DNA of 64,000 bases, from assembly GCF_006345805.1 (NCBI RefSeq), contig NC_043008.1:38440001-38504000 (forward strand). The letters are read 5' to 3'. The stretch's first letter is position 1. Each line of letters begins with the position of its first letter. Of the stretch, positions 1 to 12,450 are shown piece by piece. Below the pieces are notes generated by a model. That model was not told the DNA's origin. It ran no database searches and worked only from the letters and a program-made list of their open reading frames with translations. A program made the translations under genes and the position numbers. This DNA is from Octopus sinensis. Its lineage: Eukaryota.

Positions 1-467
1 ATGGTAGATAATCTAATTAGAATGAAATTATTTTATATTTTTTCATGTGGTATTACTTCTGCATAATTAATCATTTTATTTTATTTAACTGATGCAAAAT
101 GTGGATTCATAAATTTCTTTCTCTACCCTCTATTCTCTCTCTCTCTCTCCCTCTATCTATCTCTCTATTTCTCTCTCTCATCACACTTTGCATTTGATGG
201 CATTATTTCAGAGGAATCATTTATATAATCTTTTAAAGGATTTACTTTCTGGATCTGGTAAAAGACAAAATTAAAATAAAATCTCATTCATCAAAGAACA
301 ATATTACTATTATGTTTTTGTTGCCTTGAAGGATACAAAAATATTGCCATAGAATGAGTTTAAAAATCTGAATGGTATTTTTTATATCATTGTTGTTCAT
401 ATATGTATGAATGTGGGTATATATAGATATATTCATACAAACATACATACTTATATACGTGTGTGTG

Positions 468-507
<40 letters not shown>

Positions 508-589
508 CACGCGCGCATGCATATATGTATACATGTATGTATATGTACATATATATGTGTATGTGTATATATATGTATGTATGTATGTA

Positions 590-990
590 CATGTTTCCAT
601 GTTCTGTCTTTTCCATCACTTCAAAATCAGAAGCCCTGCAAAGGCCATGGGTGCAGAGCCTTTCTCCAAATCAAAACATGAAAAAAAGGATGCTATGCAA
701 CAGAAACTGTTAAACTACTTCTAGTAAGCTTCTTGACAATTATAAGATTTCATTTCCTTGGCGCTTTGTGCCATTTCACCAAATTCGAAACTGACAATAT
801 CTTCATCCAGATTCTTTCACAAATAAACAGTCTTTCAACAGTTGTAGTTTTTATCCTTGAACTGCCAGCCTTTGGAACTCTCTTCCATCTCTTTGAGTCT
901 AAAGAAAATTCATTCCTTTCATATTAATTCCTCCTTCTTAATATACCCCGACACTAAATGACTGTTCACCTTGCTTATGACTTTCATATA
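590..990 (+). mobile_element. Degenerate 3' end of a CR1/L2-type LINE (RT C-terminus)
   Basis: Manual translation gives SFYP*TASLWNSLP (about 860-900), matching the SFFPRTxxLWNSLP motif I recall for CR1/L2 RT C-termini; the stop is CGA>TGA-like. HVSMFCLFHHF upstream resembles the RxVxSLxLFYxY block. Multiple stops and frameshifts. Confidence 0.55.
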
Positions 991-1126
991 ATGGTAGAAA
1001 CAAAAAACAACCAATTACACTTGTGTACTTACATATGAAATCTTTTTTCTCCCTGAGCAAGTGTGAAATTTAACAGCACCAATTGTAAACACAGAGTTTT
1101 ATTTTGGGTACACCTTTCCTTTTTTT

Positions 1127-1291
1127 CTTTTACTTTCTTTTACAGTCATTTGAGAGCAGCCATGCTGGAGCACTGCCTTTAGTCGAACAAATCAACTCTA
1201 GGGCTTATTTTCTGTAAGCCTAGTACTCATTCTATCAGTCTCTTTTGCATAGTGGGGGGTCAAACACAGACGCACAAACACACACTCACAC

Positions 1292-1388
<97 letters not shown>

Positions 1389-1545
1389 CAATGGGCTTTT
1401 TCAATTTCTGACTATCAAATCCACTCACAAGGCTTTGGTCAGCCCAAGGCTACAGCAGAAGACATTTGCCCAAGGTGCTATGTGTTGGGACTGAACCCAG
1501 AACCATGTGGTTTGGAAGTAAGCTTCTTACCACACAGCCATGCCA
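1127..1545 (-). mobile_element. tRNA-derived SINE, family A (octopus-type, central CA/TA microsatellite)
   Basis: Reverse-complement copy of the repeat at 61648-62076 and 62529-62948, with a tRNA-like head (GGTTCAGTCCC B box), central microsatellite and GACTGAAACAAGTAAAAGAG tail. Confidence 0.85.
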
Positions 1546-2458
1546 TGGCAAAAGACCTCAAATTTTGCCAGGAGAGAATTGTTTATTATATGAATCCCAG
1601 TTCTTGTACATGTGGTTTAGAATTAGATTGACTACAATCACATCAAAACCAAATACATGGCCTTGAAGATTAATATTTCTTAATAACCATTCCATAAGGA
1701 GTGACACTGCCCAATGGCAACCAATAAATATTTATGTATCACAATATCTGTTTATTAAATTCTATTCCTACTTACTTTGTATTTACATTACAAAAACATT
1801 CTCCTCAAAGTCATATTTTTGTATATCATAATCTGAAGGAGTTTGTGGTCAAAAGAATGAATAGTCACTAATTACCATATCCATTACATTTCGTTTTATT
1901 ACCTTTGGGGGTTGAAAGTTAGCTTATAACAACACAACATAATTTCAATTTCTCTGCACTACCAGCAGGAGGAAAAAAATGTTTGAACAAATCTTGAGTA
2001 TTTCTGTTTGAGGGCAAGGGTGAAGGGAGGGAGTGGTGTTCTATAAACAAAGAAAGAGAAAAATACTTCAGAAATAAGATATATTTATTATAATGTAATT
2101 CAAAATTTGTCTCTAAAAGGGCATTTGTATGATATATATGTATGTACATTTTGTATGTTTTTCATTTATATATGCAATGCGGTTTGGGTGTATATTAATG
2201 CTAAAATTAAAAAATAGGATATAGAATGCTGTGGTATTGCCTGCGCAAAAAGAGAACGAGGAATAGAGTAGGAAAAGAGAAACCAACAAAGCCTCTTGAA
2301 AAAATACAGGAAATTAATAAATAAAACTAGGATGCACTTTTGGTAATACAACTATTGAAGTTCTTTGGTTTTCACAAAACAATTCTATTTCATAGTAAAA
2401 ATTGATTTTTGGTTACAGTTCCTGCTATGATATTTCTTCAGTATTATCTACAGAAGCA

Positions 2459-2675
2459 GGGTGGTGAGCTGGAAGAATCATTAACACACCAGACTAAACG
2501 ATTAGCAGCATTATGTCTGTCTTTATGATTTCTGAATTCAAATTTCCCTGAGGTCGACTTTGTTCTTCGTCCATTTCAGTGTCGATAAAATAATTACCAG
2601 TTGCGTACTGAGGTCGATATAACTGACCTGCCTCCTCCGCCAAAATTACTGGTCTTAAACCAAAGTTTGAAGCCA
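2459..2675 (+). mobile_element. tRNA-derived SINE, family B variant
   Basis: Head GGTGGTGAGCTGG and core GAGGTCGACTTTG...GTCGATAAAATAA.TACCAG shared with 18409-18640, but with a different 3' tail (AAAATTACTGGTCTT...TTTGAAGCCA). Confidence 0.75.
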
Positions 2676-2694
2676 GTCTCATTTGTTGAGGTGT

Positions 2695-2900
2695 GAGGGA
2701 ATGTGGTTTAGTGGTTAGGGTGTTGCACTCATAATCATAAGACAGTGGTTTCAATTCTTGGATTGGGCAATGTGTTATGTTCTTGAGCAAAACACATCAT
2801 TTCATGTTGCTCCAGTCCACTGAACTGGCAAAAGTTAATAATCCTGTGATGGGCTGGTGTCCTATCCAGGGGAAGAACAGATACACCACAGAATTTGAGA
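2695..2900 (+). mobile_element. tRNA-derived SINE, family C/D
   Basis: A box TGGTTTAGTGG and B-box-like GGTTTCAATTC; body similar to 13914-14150 and to the core of 14198-14503. Confidence 0.7.
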
Positions 2901-3166
2901 AATGATCTTTTGACCCTTTGAGGCTCTTTTGATCCTTAGTTTTATTCCATGAGTTCTTGAAGTAGGTTCTATAGAATAGTGATGGCATTCCTCTGAGCTG
3001 AGTGTACATTCTAGTTTCAAATTCTAAAAGAAATTATTCCATCTCCATTCACTTTCATTGCTAATTCCATAGTGATAGGTATTGAAAGCAGCTACTTTGA
3101 AATCTCTGTCAAAGACCAACACAGGTCAAGCATAACATTTAAATAATGTTAATAAATGTAATATTC

Positions 3167-3304
3167 TGTTGTGTCTGGGGAGAGTCATTTTCTTTTTGTG
3201 CTTTATATTACAACACACTCACTGGTAAAATTTCCACTTATTTCTTATTTTTATTTTCCTAAAATTTTCATTGTGTCTTGCAACCTTTTCAATAGTCTTG
3301 ACTA
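3167..3304 (+). repeat. Unclassified interspersed repeat (second copy at 34334-34468 on the minus strand)
   Basis: About 135 bp (GTGTCTGGGGAGAGTCATTT...TTGCAACCTTTT.AATAGTCTTGA) recurs in reverse orientation. The ORF track shows the same peptide at 3171+ and 34486-. Confidence 0.8.
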
Positions 3305-4442
3305 TGTAAGAAAAATTGTAACATTTGAAGTAAGACCTTTCATTATTCCTCATTCATGTAAAAAGCAAAAACTATGTGTGTATGTATGTGTGTGTGCATG
3401 CATGTGTGTGTGCATGCGTGTGTGTGTGTGTATCTGTGTGTGTGTCTTTTGTGTTTATCCTCCTCAGCTTGACAACTTATGTTGGTTTGTTTACATCCCG
3501 GTAACCTAACAGTTCAGCAATGGAGACCATTATACTGTGCCAGACTTAAATGCACAGAGATTAATTTGTTCCCCTAAAACCCTTTAAGGCAGTGCCTTAG
3601 CATGGCTGTAGTTCAAAGTAGGAAACAAATAAAGGATAAAAGATTAAAGAGAATATCAAAATACACTTATATTCAACAGAAATAGGTGAAAATGGCAAAA
3701 TGACAGGTAATATTAAAAATCAAACACAATATAGTAGACTAATTAATTTCCTATTTTTATATCAGTATTTAGTTTAAATTTAATTGGATTCAGCTGACTT
3801 TTATTATCATTTTAATTTCAATAACATAAGTAGCAATAAAACCTAGAGAAATTGTTTTAATCAAGTGTACCTATCACTTGATTAAATATTTTAGACAACA
3901 TGACAGGTGAAATTCAGGAACTCACAGTTAATGATATTGTCAAAGATTCCTACAGTCATTATTGTTTTTGACAATTAACAACACAGGAGATTTTGTTGGC
4001 ACTATCAGTCTGCTTGGCTGACAAAATGTTTTTTTTTCATACTTCAAATTTGAGACGTTAGTTATAGTAAATGATGTCAAAATAATTTCTACCAATACTT
4101 TATATAATGAATAAATAAATTTGTAAAAAATTACAAACATACACATACCAAGAACAATTTTAAGCCTTGCATAATACAAAACTTAGTGTTATTACCCAGT
4201 GAGCAAAGGATGTGAGGTTCAAATGCCGTCAGTGGTTTTCACACATATTACCACTTCTTTATTTGTTGTTTACTAAATGGTATTCTAATATTGTTCACAT
4301 TGACAAATCATAAATATTCTAATCAATTGCTGTACTCATTTTGTCATCTCACAAAACTGATGACAAAAGTATACCGCAACCAGTGTTACACTGTGTTGGA
4401 AAGGCCTTGTCCTAACTATGCAAGCATGGAAAAAACACATGC

Positions 4443-4471
4443 AATGATGAGGATGATGGTGATGGTGATGG

Positions 4472-4505
<34 letters not shown>

Positions 4506-4578
4506 CATCATCATCATCATCATCATCATCCTTATCATCACCATCATCATCATTATCATCGTCGTCGTCGTCATCATC

Positions 4579-4609
<31 letters not shown>

Positions 4610-4672
4610 TCATCGTCATCGTCATCATCATCATCATCATCATCATTGTCATCATCAATATCATAATCATTG

Positions 4673-4714
<42 letters not shown>

Positions 4715-4730
4715 CCACCATCATCATCAT
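4443..4730. repeat. Compound (GAT)n-(CAT)n triplet microsatellite
   Basis: Direct reading; it explains the poly-M, poly-I, poly-D and poly-H ORFs. Confidence 0.95.
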
Positions 4731-5779
4731 CTGTGTGAGTGATTACTTGGCTTGTGTATCTGCACACTTGTCTGCATGGATGTTTGTGTGAATGCATGCT
4801 CATTTAAGTATGTGTTTGGGCATATTAGATACATGTCTGTGTGTTTGTGTGTGTGTGTATGTGTCTGTGTATCATATAAAATTATCAAACACCAAAACCA
4901 CAGAAAAGAATTGAGGGGAAAAAAAACCCAGTAAATTGCTGTGGTGAGGAGTGATTAAAAAAAATATTGAACATTAAGAGACACAATTAATATTTGTTTC
5001 AATTTGAATAGAATTCTTGACTTTAATTAGTCATTCATTAGCCTTGTGATGACACATGATTGCTAGCCATAGGATTAATTTCCAGCCAAGAATGCCATAA
5101 ACAGAATGTAATTACCAAATTTAAAGTCGAACCCTAGCACACTTTCTTTGCTAAATTATTGTAATCAATGCTGTGACAGAAGCCCTACAGGTGTAACGAA
5201 CAAAATAAATAAATAAGTAAAAATAGAAATAATTAATAAAAAAAATATAAAATAAATATTCTAAAGCGAAACATAAAAGAAAACAAAACAAAAGAATCAA
5301 AGAATTTAGAATGATGGAGAAAATGCTTTCTTGAATAAATTTTATTCAAAGAATTTGTGATCTGTGGTGTGATGTTGTTGTTGTTGCTGTTGTTACCGTT
5401 CTTGTTATTGTTTCAGAATACGAATTCTGACAAGAATCATTTGGAGAAATGTTCATGACTTTAACACTATGGAATATTCCTTCAACCCACAAATGCATCC
5501 ACCCTCCAACCCCTCTTTCTATGTAATTCTCGAATAGTCTTTTATGTAAACAGAATTATGCAACCTCTTTTGTTATATATATGTAAAGGCAAATGGATAA
5601 TAGTGATTATCTATGCATGCATGTTTATTTGAGTGTGTGCATGTTTGTAACTACCGTCAGTTTAAATATATCAGTCTCAGAATATATGCGACAGGGAGAA
5701 GACAGAGAGAAATTCATGTATATATATATATAATACATAGCATGACATAAAATACATACATATACATACATACATACAT

Positions 5780-5835
<56 letters not shown>

Positions 5836-6149
5836 CATACACACACACATATATATATATAAGCACACACATACACATACAGAAATATATCTATATCTAT
5901 ATCTATATATATATATTAATAGTTATCGCCATACTAATATGGCAGTCTTATAAATATAAGACTAAAGCTGTCGCTGATTAGCTCCATGAGGCCATCGCCT
6001 TAAGCTAGCTATTTGACACACAAACTGCGTCCATTATAAACCTTCGAACAAGGGAGGTCAGCTTTTAGAGAGACTTAGTAATTTTAATATTTCTATTTCT
6101 ATTGGCTTGCTGTGTCCCCAAAGCCTGTACTGAGAGTAAAAAACAATAA

Positions 6150-6715
6150 AGCATGCTTGAATTTGTTCAAAAGATTTATAGCCCAATCTTTTCTCTTGTT
6201 CTTGATGGCTTGGGATAAAAATTGGCCTTTTCTGGTCTCAAATGAGGAATATTGTATGTCTTCATGCACTTGCTGTCTAATAAGAAACTTAGGCACTCTT
6301 ATGTCCCTGGAGATCGGCCTGACTGACTTGGAGGGATCGTTGGCAATTGTGGCCTGGATCTCGACAACAAATTCAGGAGTTATTTTCTTATCAGAGTGAG
6401 TTTTCCAAGCTGCCATACCTTTGTATTCACCATTAGACTCATCCAATTCTTTCTGAATCCTCTGCACTGTCGTCATATTGACACCAAATGCTCATACTGG
6501 AGCTTCTGGCATGAATGCCAAGCAGTACAGGATGCTTTTTTTCCATATTTCTGGCAAAGTGAATTGTATTGTGGTGCTGTTTTTCTCACAGAGGGTGTGC
6601 AACTGACCCTACTATACTGTGTAGAAGACAAAATCAAAAACAAACAATGTGCACGCGTGGAAGTAAAAATATAAAATGGAGACAGTTTGCCCATCGCAAA
6701 TAAACACACACAAGT
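6150..6715 (-). mobile_element. 5' half of a Tc1/mariner-superfamily transposase (HTH region, truncated before the DDD domain)
   Basis: ORF 6099-6476 (TVQRIQKELDESNGEY...TPEFVVEIQATIANDPSKSVRPISRDIRV..FLIRQQVHEDIQYSS....KGQFLSQAIKNKRKD....LLNKFKH) matches the N-terminal half of maT/DD37D-like transposases as I recall them. The N-terminus continues frameshifted in ORF 6473-6709. Confidence 0.8.
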
Positions 6716-6790
6716 ATAAACCTATATGCACATGTTTATATAAATATATGTGTATGTATATGTAAATATATATGTGTGCATCTATCTATA

Positions 6791-6990
6791 TATATGTATA
6801 TATATAGGGACAGAGACATATATATATATGTATATATATAGGGACAGAGACATATATATATATGTATATATATAGGGACAGAGACATATATATATATATG
6901 TATATATATAGGGACAGAGACATATATATATATGTATATATATAGGGACAGAGACATATATATATATGTATATATATAGGGACAGAGACA
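6791..6990. repeat. Minisatellite of about 34-38 bp x6 [(TA)nTG(TA)n-GGGACAGAGACA]
   Basis: Six GGGACAGAGACA blocks separated by variable TA runs. Confidence 0.95.
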
Positions 6991-9863
6991 TATATATATA
7001 TGTATATATACATACCTACACACATATATATGATGAGCTTAGTTCATTTTCAACCAAATCTACTCCTAAGGCTTTGGTTGGCTTGGTATGATAAAAACAC
7101 TTGTTCAAGGTCTTTAAATATATATACATATATTATATATATATATACACACACACATATATATGTATATTATAGATATAAACATTTATACATGAGTATA
7201 TATATGCATGAACGTGTGACATGGCAAGCTTGGTATGCTGGTATTTTGGGATTTCTGAAAGATGTAGGTTCTAAATCAAACTGTTTGATCGATGGAGTGA
7301 TACAGCTTCACTGACCAAAAAGGATGTATAAACAAAGAGTTTACTTTGACAGAAGTCAAACTTCAAAATCACAATCTCCAAACTACATATCTCATTAACT
7401 GATTCTGTCAAGTATTGAACCACTGACCTCACCTTTCATTTAATTTAATTTCCTGCTAGATAGACTGAAGCAAGTAGAGTTAGTTCCTGGATCAAAGATC
7501 ATAATACAATGTCTATAGTAAAATAAAAACTCTCCCAAACCATCTACAAAGAGGTGAGCCAAGCCTTTTATTCACACAGAATCTGTGTAACTCTACTATA
7601 ATAGTAATAAAACTTGGCTTAATGGTTGAATGCCTTGTAAAGCTACATTACACCACTGTTTTATCAGATTTCTCACCTACGCCCAACCCTACTCACTTTC
7701 TATTGTTTTAAAGTCAAAGCATGCATCTAATTTGAAGGCACTGGTGTGGTTGCATGCTGTGTTATGTAAATAGAATGTTGATTTTCTTAGATCTATTCAT
7801 GCTTGAACAATCAATAGCACTCAACAGTCTTCATCAGCCTTTGCTTGTGGCTGGCAACTTATTATCATAACACAGTCGTTCACACCACAATATATTTCAT
7901 CCAGGCCACAATAATAAATACATAGCTGCTGTAAACAGTGTGCATGTTGTCAGTTATATATTATAATGACGAGCATAAATTGGTGAGATCTTTCTCTGCG
8001 TGGGAGTTCCAGTGACTCTTGATCATAACTTTATGATGTTCAGACACTGTTGCTTTTGTAAAAATCTGTTGCATAATTATTGCCGAGGAGAATTTAAATG
8101 CATTAATAAAAATTATTGCATATACCACTGCAATTTATGTCAATACTATTCATTTCCTAATGACGTAGAACATAGATGATGTGGATGAGAACTACAAATA
8201 TATCATTAACAATATTGACATAAAAAAACAAACAAAATCAAATACATATGTTCATTATTAGGACATTGCTCTCGGCTATTGGCTAGTGGTCATTTAAGTG
8301 CATTGCTGTTTTCGTGGGTGGAAAAAGTCATTGAGTAAATTTTCATAGAACACTTATTTAATATTTTACATAGTTTTTGCTTATATCAAACAAAAGTACC
8401 GTTAATTATGGCGGCAATTGTTTACAGACTTCACTTGGTGTCTTAAACAATGCAATCACACTTACAGCATTTAAAAATACTTTTTCTTGAGACAAGGAAC
8501 AAAAAAAAAAGGAAAATATGAAATTAAATGTGAAAATACAATGAAAATATATTTGGACAATACCCAATGTAGTAAACTAGTTGTGAGGTTAACAAGTTCA
8601 TTTTGCAACCATATAGCTTCTAACATTCTGTATGGCACATTGGGAAATTGTCTTCTACTAAAACTGCAGGCTGACCATCACTTGTGATTGAAATGTTGGT
8701 AGAGAAAAACTGTACAGAATCTCGCCATCTCTACAAGCATTCATCTATGTGTGCATGTGACTATGACTGGGTTCACTTTTATGTTACATAATGTAGTGGT
8801 TCACAAGTGGAAATCGATAGAATAAGTACCAGACTTTAAAATAGGTACTGACAGCAATTTTATTGATCAAGCCTTTCAAGATGATGCCCCAGTATGGTTG
8901 CAGTCTAATGACTGAAGCTGGTAAATGAATAATAAAATAAAAGTATAAAAGAATATTTGTTACATAAAATAAGGTGACATGGATGGCTAGGTCTATGGGA
9001 GGTGGTACAGTCAGCTGAGAAGTTGACTGTTCATATTTTACTAACTACATAAACTTCTTTGTGCCTACAACTGAAGCTAATACAAAAATAGTCCACTCAT
9101 AGATGCAAAAAGGCATCAGAAAACTATAAAAATTCCTTGCGATAGATAAAAACCACTTGGTAAAATTCACAATTGTTTAAATATATTGTATTTCTGAGTT
9201 CAAATCCTGCCAGGACAGAAAGAGTAAAGAACTTCAGTTTTATCAAAATAGCTAAGTATAATTCTATGAAAATTTATAAATATTAAATGATGAAACAGAA
9301 ACTGATCTGCATATACACCCAGATTTTGTATAGCAAAAAATAATTTAAACACATGATAAAAATAACAAAATTCAGTTTGATAATTCTCCAAACATTTAAA
9401 TTATGTCTTTAACTTTCGAGTCTCATAGAACATATATATCTTCTGAGTTTAAGAAACTTAGCGGAAAATATCTCTGTTGAAATTTAAATTTATCTCAGTT
9501 CAAATTTGACTTTTGTAATTCTTACGACAATGGTATAATTTTTTTTCTCAAGCGGTAACTTTATTTTCTCTCAAGAGGGCTGCTACAAGTTGTTGCTCTA
9601 TGTTCATTCAAGGAATGTTGTATTTCAGTTCTCTGTAGAAATGTCTTTTATTTTGTTCAATAAAGTAAAATTTTACTGTTCTGATTTTATGACATAGTTA
9701 CACATACCTTTATAACTTTTCTCAGTTAATTTAGTATTTCAAATGAAAATAATTAGTTTTGTAACAATTTATTCATGAAACAGCAACTCTAGAGCAATAT
9801 TGTTACAGTAGGCATGTCTTGTTACTATATTTTTATAACCAAAAATATAGGTAAGTTTCATAA

Positions 9864-10117
9864 TGTTGTGTGGACGCCCCCAGACAATGAAGTAGGCTAG
9901 CCCAATACGAAAATATAGAGGGAGAAGTCTAGACATCATCAGAGTCGAGTCAAGTTTAATCGAGTCGAGTCGAGTAGAGGTCATCCGGACGTGTGACATA
10001 ACAGTGGCTACAAGGATTTCACAACACACACAGCCACTGTGTAGTATTGTGATATAACAGTGGTGACAAGGATTGTGTAGATCACACAGCCACTGTGTAG
10101 TATTGCGATATATAACA
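9864..10117. mobile_element. Small LTR-like insertion (solo LTR or deleted LTR element)
   Basis: Starts TGTTG, ends TAACA, and is flanked by a 5-bp direct repeat CATAA (9859-9863 and 10118-10122). Confidence 0.6.
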
Positions 10118-11527
10118 CATAAAGAAGTAGATATGAAGTTTTAAAAACGTTATGCCTAAAACTTTCATGAATTCAAACCTGAAAGAGTTGAATGTAAGAG
10201 AACAGAAAATAAACCGACACATCTCTTGGGTTTGATATTCAAATCCACTGTAGATCTTTTAGGAAAGAAATTCCTTATTTCCTCTTAATTCCAATAGGTT
10301 CCATATTGTTTTGGTAATGTTGCATGCAATAAACAAGTATCTTATTCCAAGAGAAATCTAAACTTCATCTGTTTATAATTTGAAACTAGAACTAGGAATT
10401 TGTTTTCATGTGACTTTTGATAATTTGAAAATGTTTATCTATAACAGGAACAGTAACCATTACTATCTTTTATTAGTCTTCTCATTCTGGGAATAATTAA
10501 GATCTTCTTAACTAACAGCAGTAGAATTCAGTCAGCTTAAATTAACCTCGAAAATTTTGCTCAAGATTTTTCTTAAACAATCTCTTCTAGGGATGGTGAT
10601 TTTTGAGATGATACTTTATACAATGTGACAACCCTTGTGTTCTTTACTCTAGAATTTTATGAGAATAGTATTTCAGACGTTCAAAGTATTATTTAGAATG
10701 AAATACTTTAACATGATAAAAGAAACCAAAAGTAAAAAATAGAAAAAAAAATGGCTTTTAGATTCTGATTATTTTACAAGTCTGAGATCTCTTAATGGTT
10801 ACCCAAAAATAACCTTCATCATTTTGTTTTGTTTCACTATCAGCTCCAGCTTCATTACTGATCTAACATTTATTCCTCTTTTATTGCACACATGAATTGG
10901 ATATGTAGAGCTTTTAACTTAGAAGAATTATTTTTTTATTTTGTTACATGTCCTGTGATCTTGAATGGGCCATGCTCAATACAAATATACCTACTTCTTT
11001 ATGTGATATTTTTTTTCTAGCTCTGCTTCTGTTCCAATTAGTAGATGATATCAATTTCCAATTCAACAGCCAAGTTTACTTTGTGACCGTAATACATAAA
11101 TCTGATGTTGTTTGAAATGAAAAGGGAAGAAGAATTCTATAAAAGTCAAAATAAAAAATAAAAACTATTTTAAATTCCTGGAAGCTTTTGCATAAGAATT
11201 TTTATTTCTTAATTGTTTATTTTGTGTTCTATCTCTCCAAATGCCTGTAAAAGTTACAAGAAAAATTTCCATATAATGATAGCAAGCCATATAATCTCTG
11301 TTAACTATTTTATTTCACTATGTGATTCTATGGAAACAAACAGGCCAATTTGGTTAGAAAGAGATATATCACAATATGTCTGAAGTAAGTGTCAGTTTAA
11401 CCTAAATGAAAGAGAAAGTTAAAATTTTACAAACACTTCAGAACATACAACAGCAACTGTTATGAAATAAACCTCAAATGAAGAGTAAAACTACATCAAT
11501 ATATTTCCTCTGAACTTCCTTTACTAG

Positions 11528-11562
<35 letters not shown>

Positions 11563-12055
11563 TGTGTGTCTGTGTGTGTGTGTGTGTGTGTGTATGCATC
11601 ATACTTCCTACTGAGCTAGGTAATAAACACAACTGTATCAGAATGAAACTACAATTCTAAATAGATCGCATAACATACATGCAATTACAAATGTAATTAT
11701 TGCACAAATTACTTGTGAAATTTAAGCATTATTTATAGGTTTCTGGTATTCCATTTGAAGATTGAAATTGTTGGAGATGTACAATGTTTCATGATTCGTA
11801 CTTCTACTCAGGGTCTTCCTTAAATATTTGAAGAATCAAACCTTGTAACTACCTCGACCAAAAACATGTTTCAAACATTAATAAGAGAAACTTTAAAGAC
11901 CCAAAGTGGTTTCAATGTGTTACCTTTAGCCACACCAATTTTGATTGCATAATGTGCATAGTAAATCTAAAAAGTCATTAAGTTCAAAATACTAGACATA
12001 TTTCAAAATGGCTCTCACCAGCCTTAGTTACTCTTTGTTACAAGAGAGAGAAAGG

Positions 12056-12104
<49 letters not shown>

Positions 12105-12450
12105 AGCAGAGCGAGAAAGAATGAATGAGAAATTGTATCTAGTACTTTAGCCCTTTAACTGTGAAATTAAATTTTATGGATTAAAATATTCAGAGTCAGT
12201 AATAAAACCATAAATAAAGTACATATAAATGTATATACACACATATATATATTTATGTGTGTGTGTGTGCGTAGGAGTGACTGTGTGGTAAGTAGCTTTC
12301 TTATGAACCACATGGCTCTCGGTTCAGTCCTACTTTGCGACACCTTGGGCAAATGTCTTCTACTATAGTCTTGGGCCGACCAAAGCCTTGTGGGTGGATT
12401 TGGTAGACGGAAACTGAAAGAAGCTCATCGTTTGTATGTATATATATATA

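Noticed and set aside
284-724. HT/CV/YI-rich ORFs here and throughout the window
   Set aside because: These are translations of (CA)n, (TA)n and (CATA)n microsatellites, with no coding signature.
4357-4412. CTGATGA...GAAAGGCCT-T hammerhead candidate
   Set aside because: The core and palindrome are present, but stem I cannot form, and CTGATGA lies within a different 10-bp hairpin.
4291-4803. Long poly-I, poly-D, poly-H and poly-M ORFs
   Set aside because: A triplet microsatellite is open in several frames.
7560-8200. Possible decayed transposase on the minus strand
   Set aside because: Stop-riddled frames with no motif I can name.
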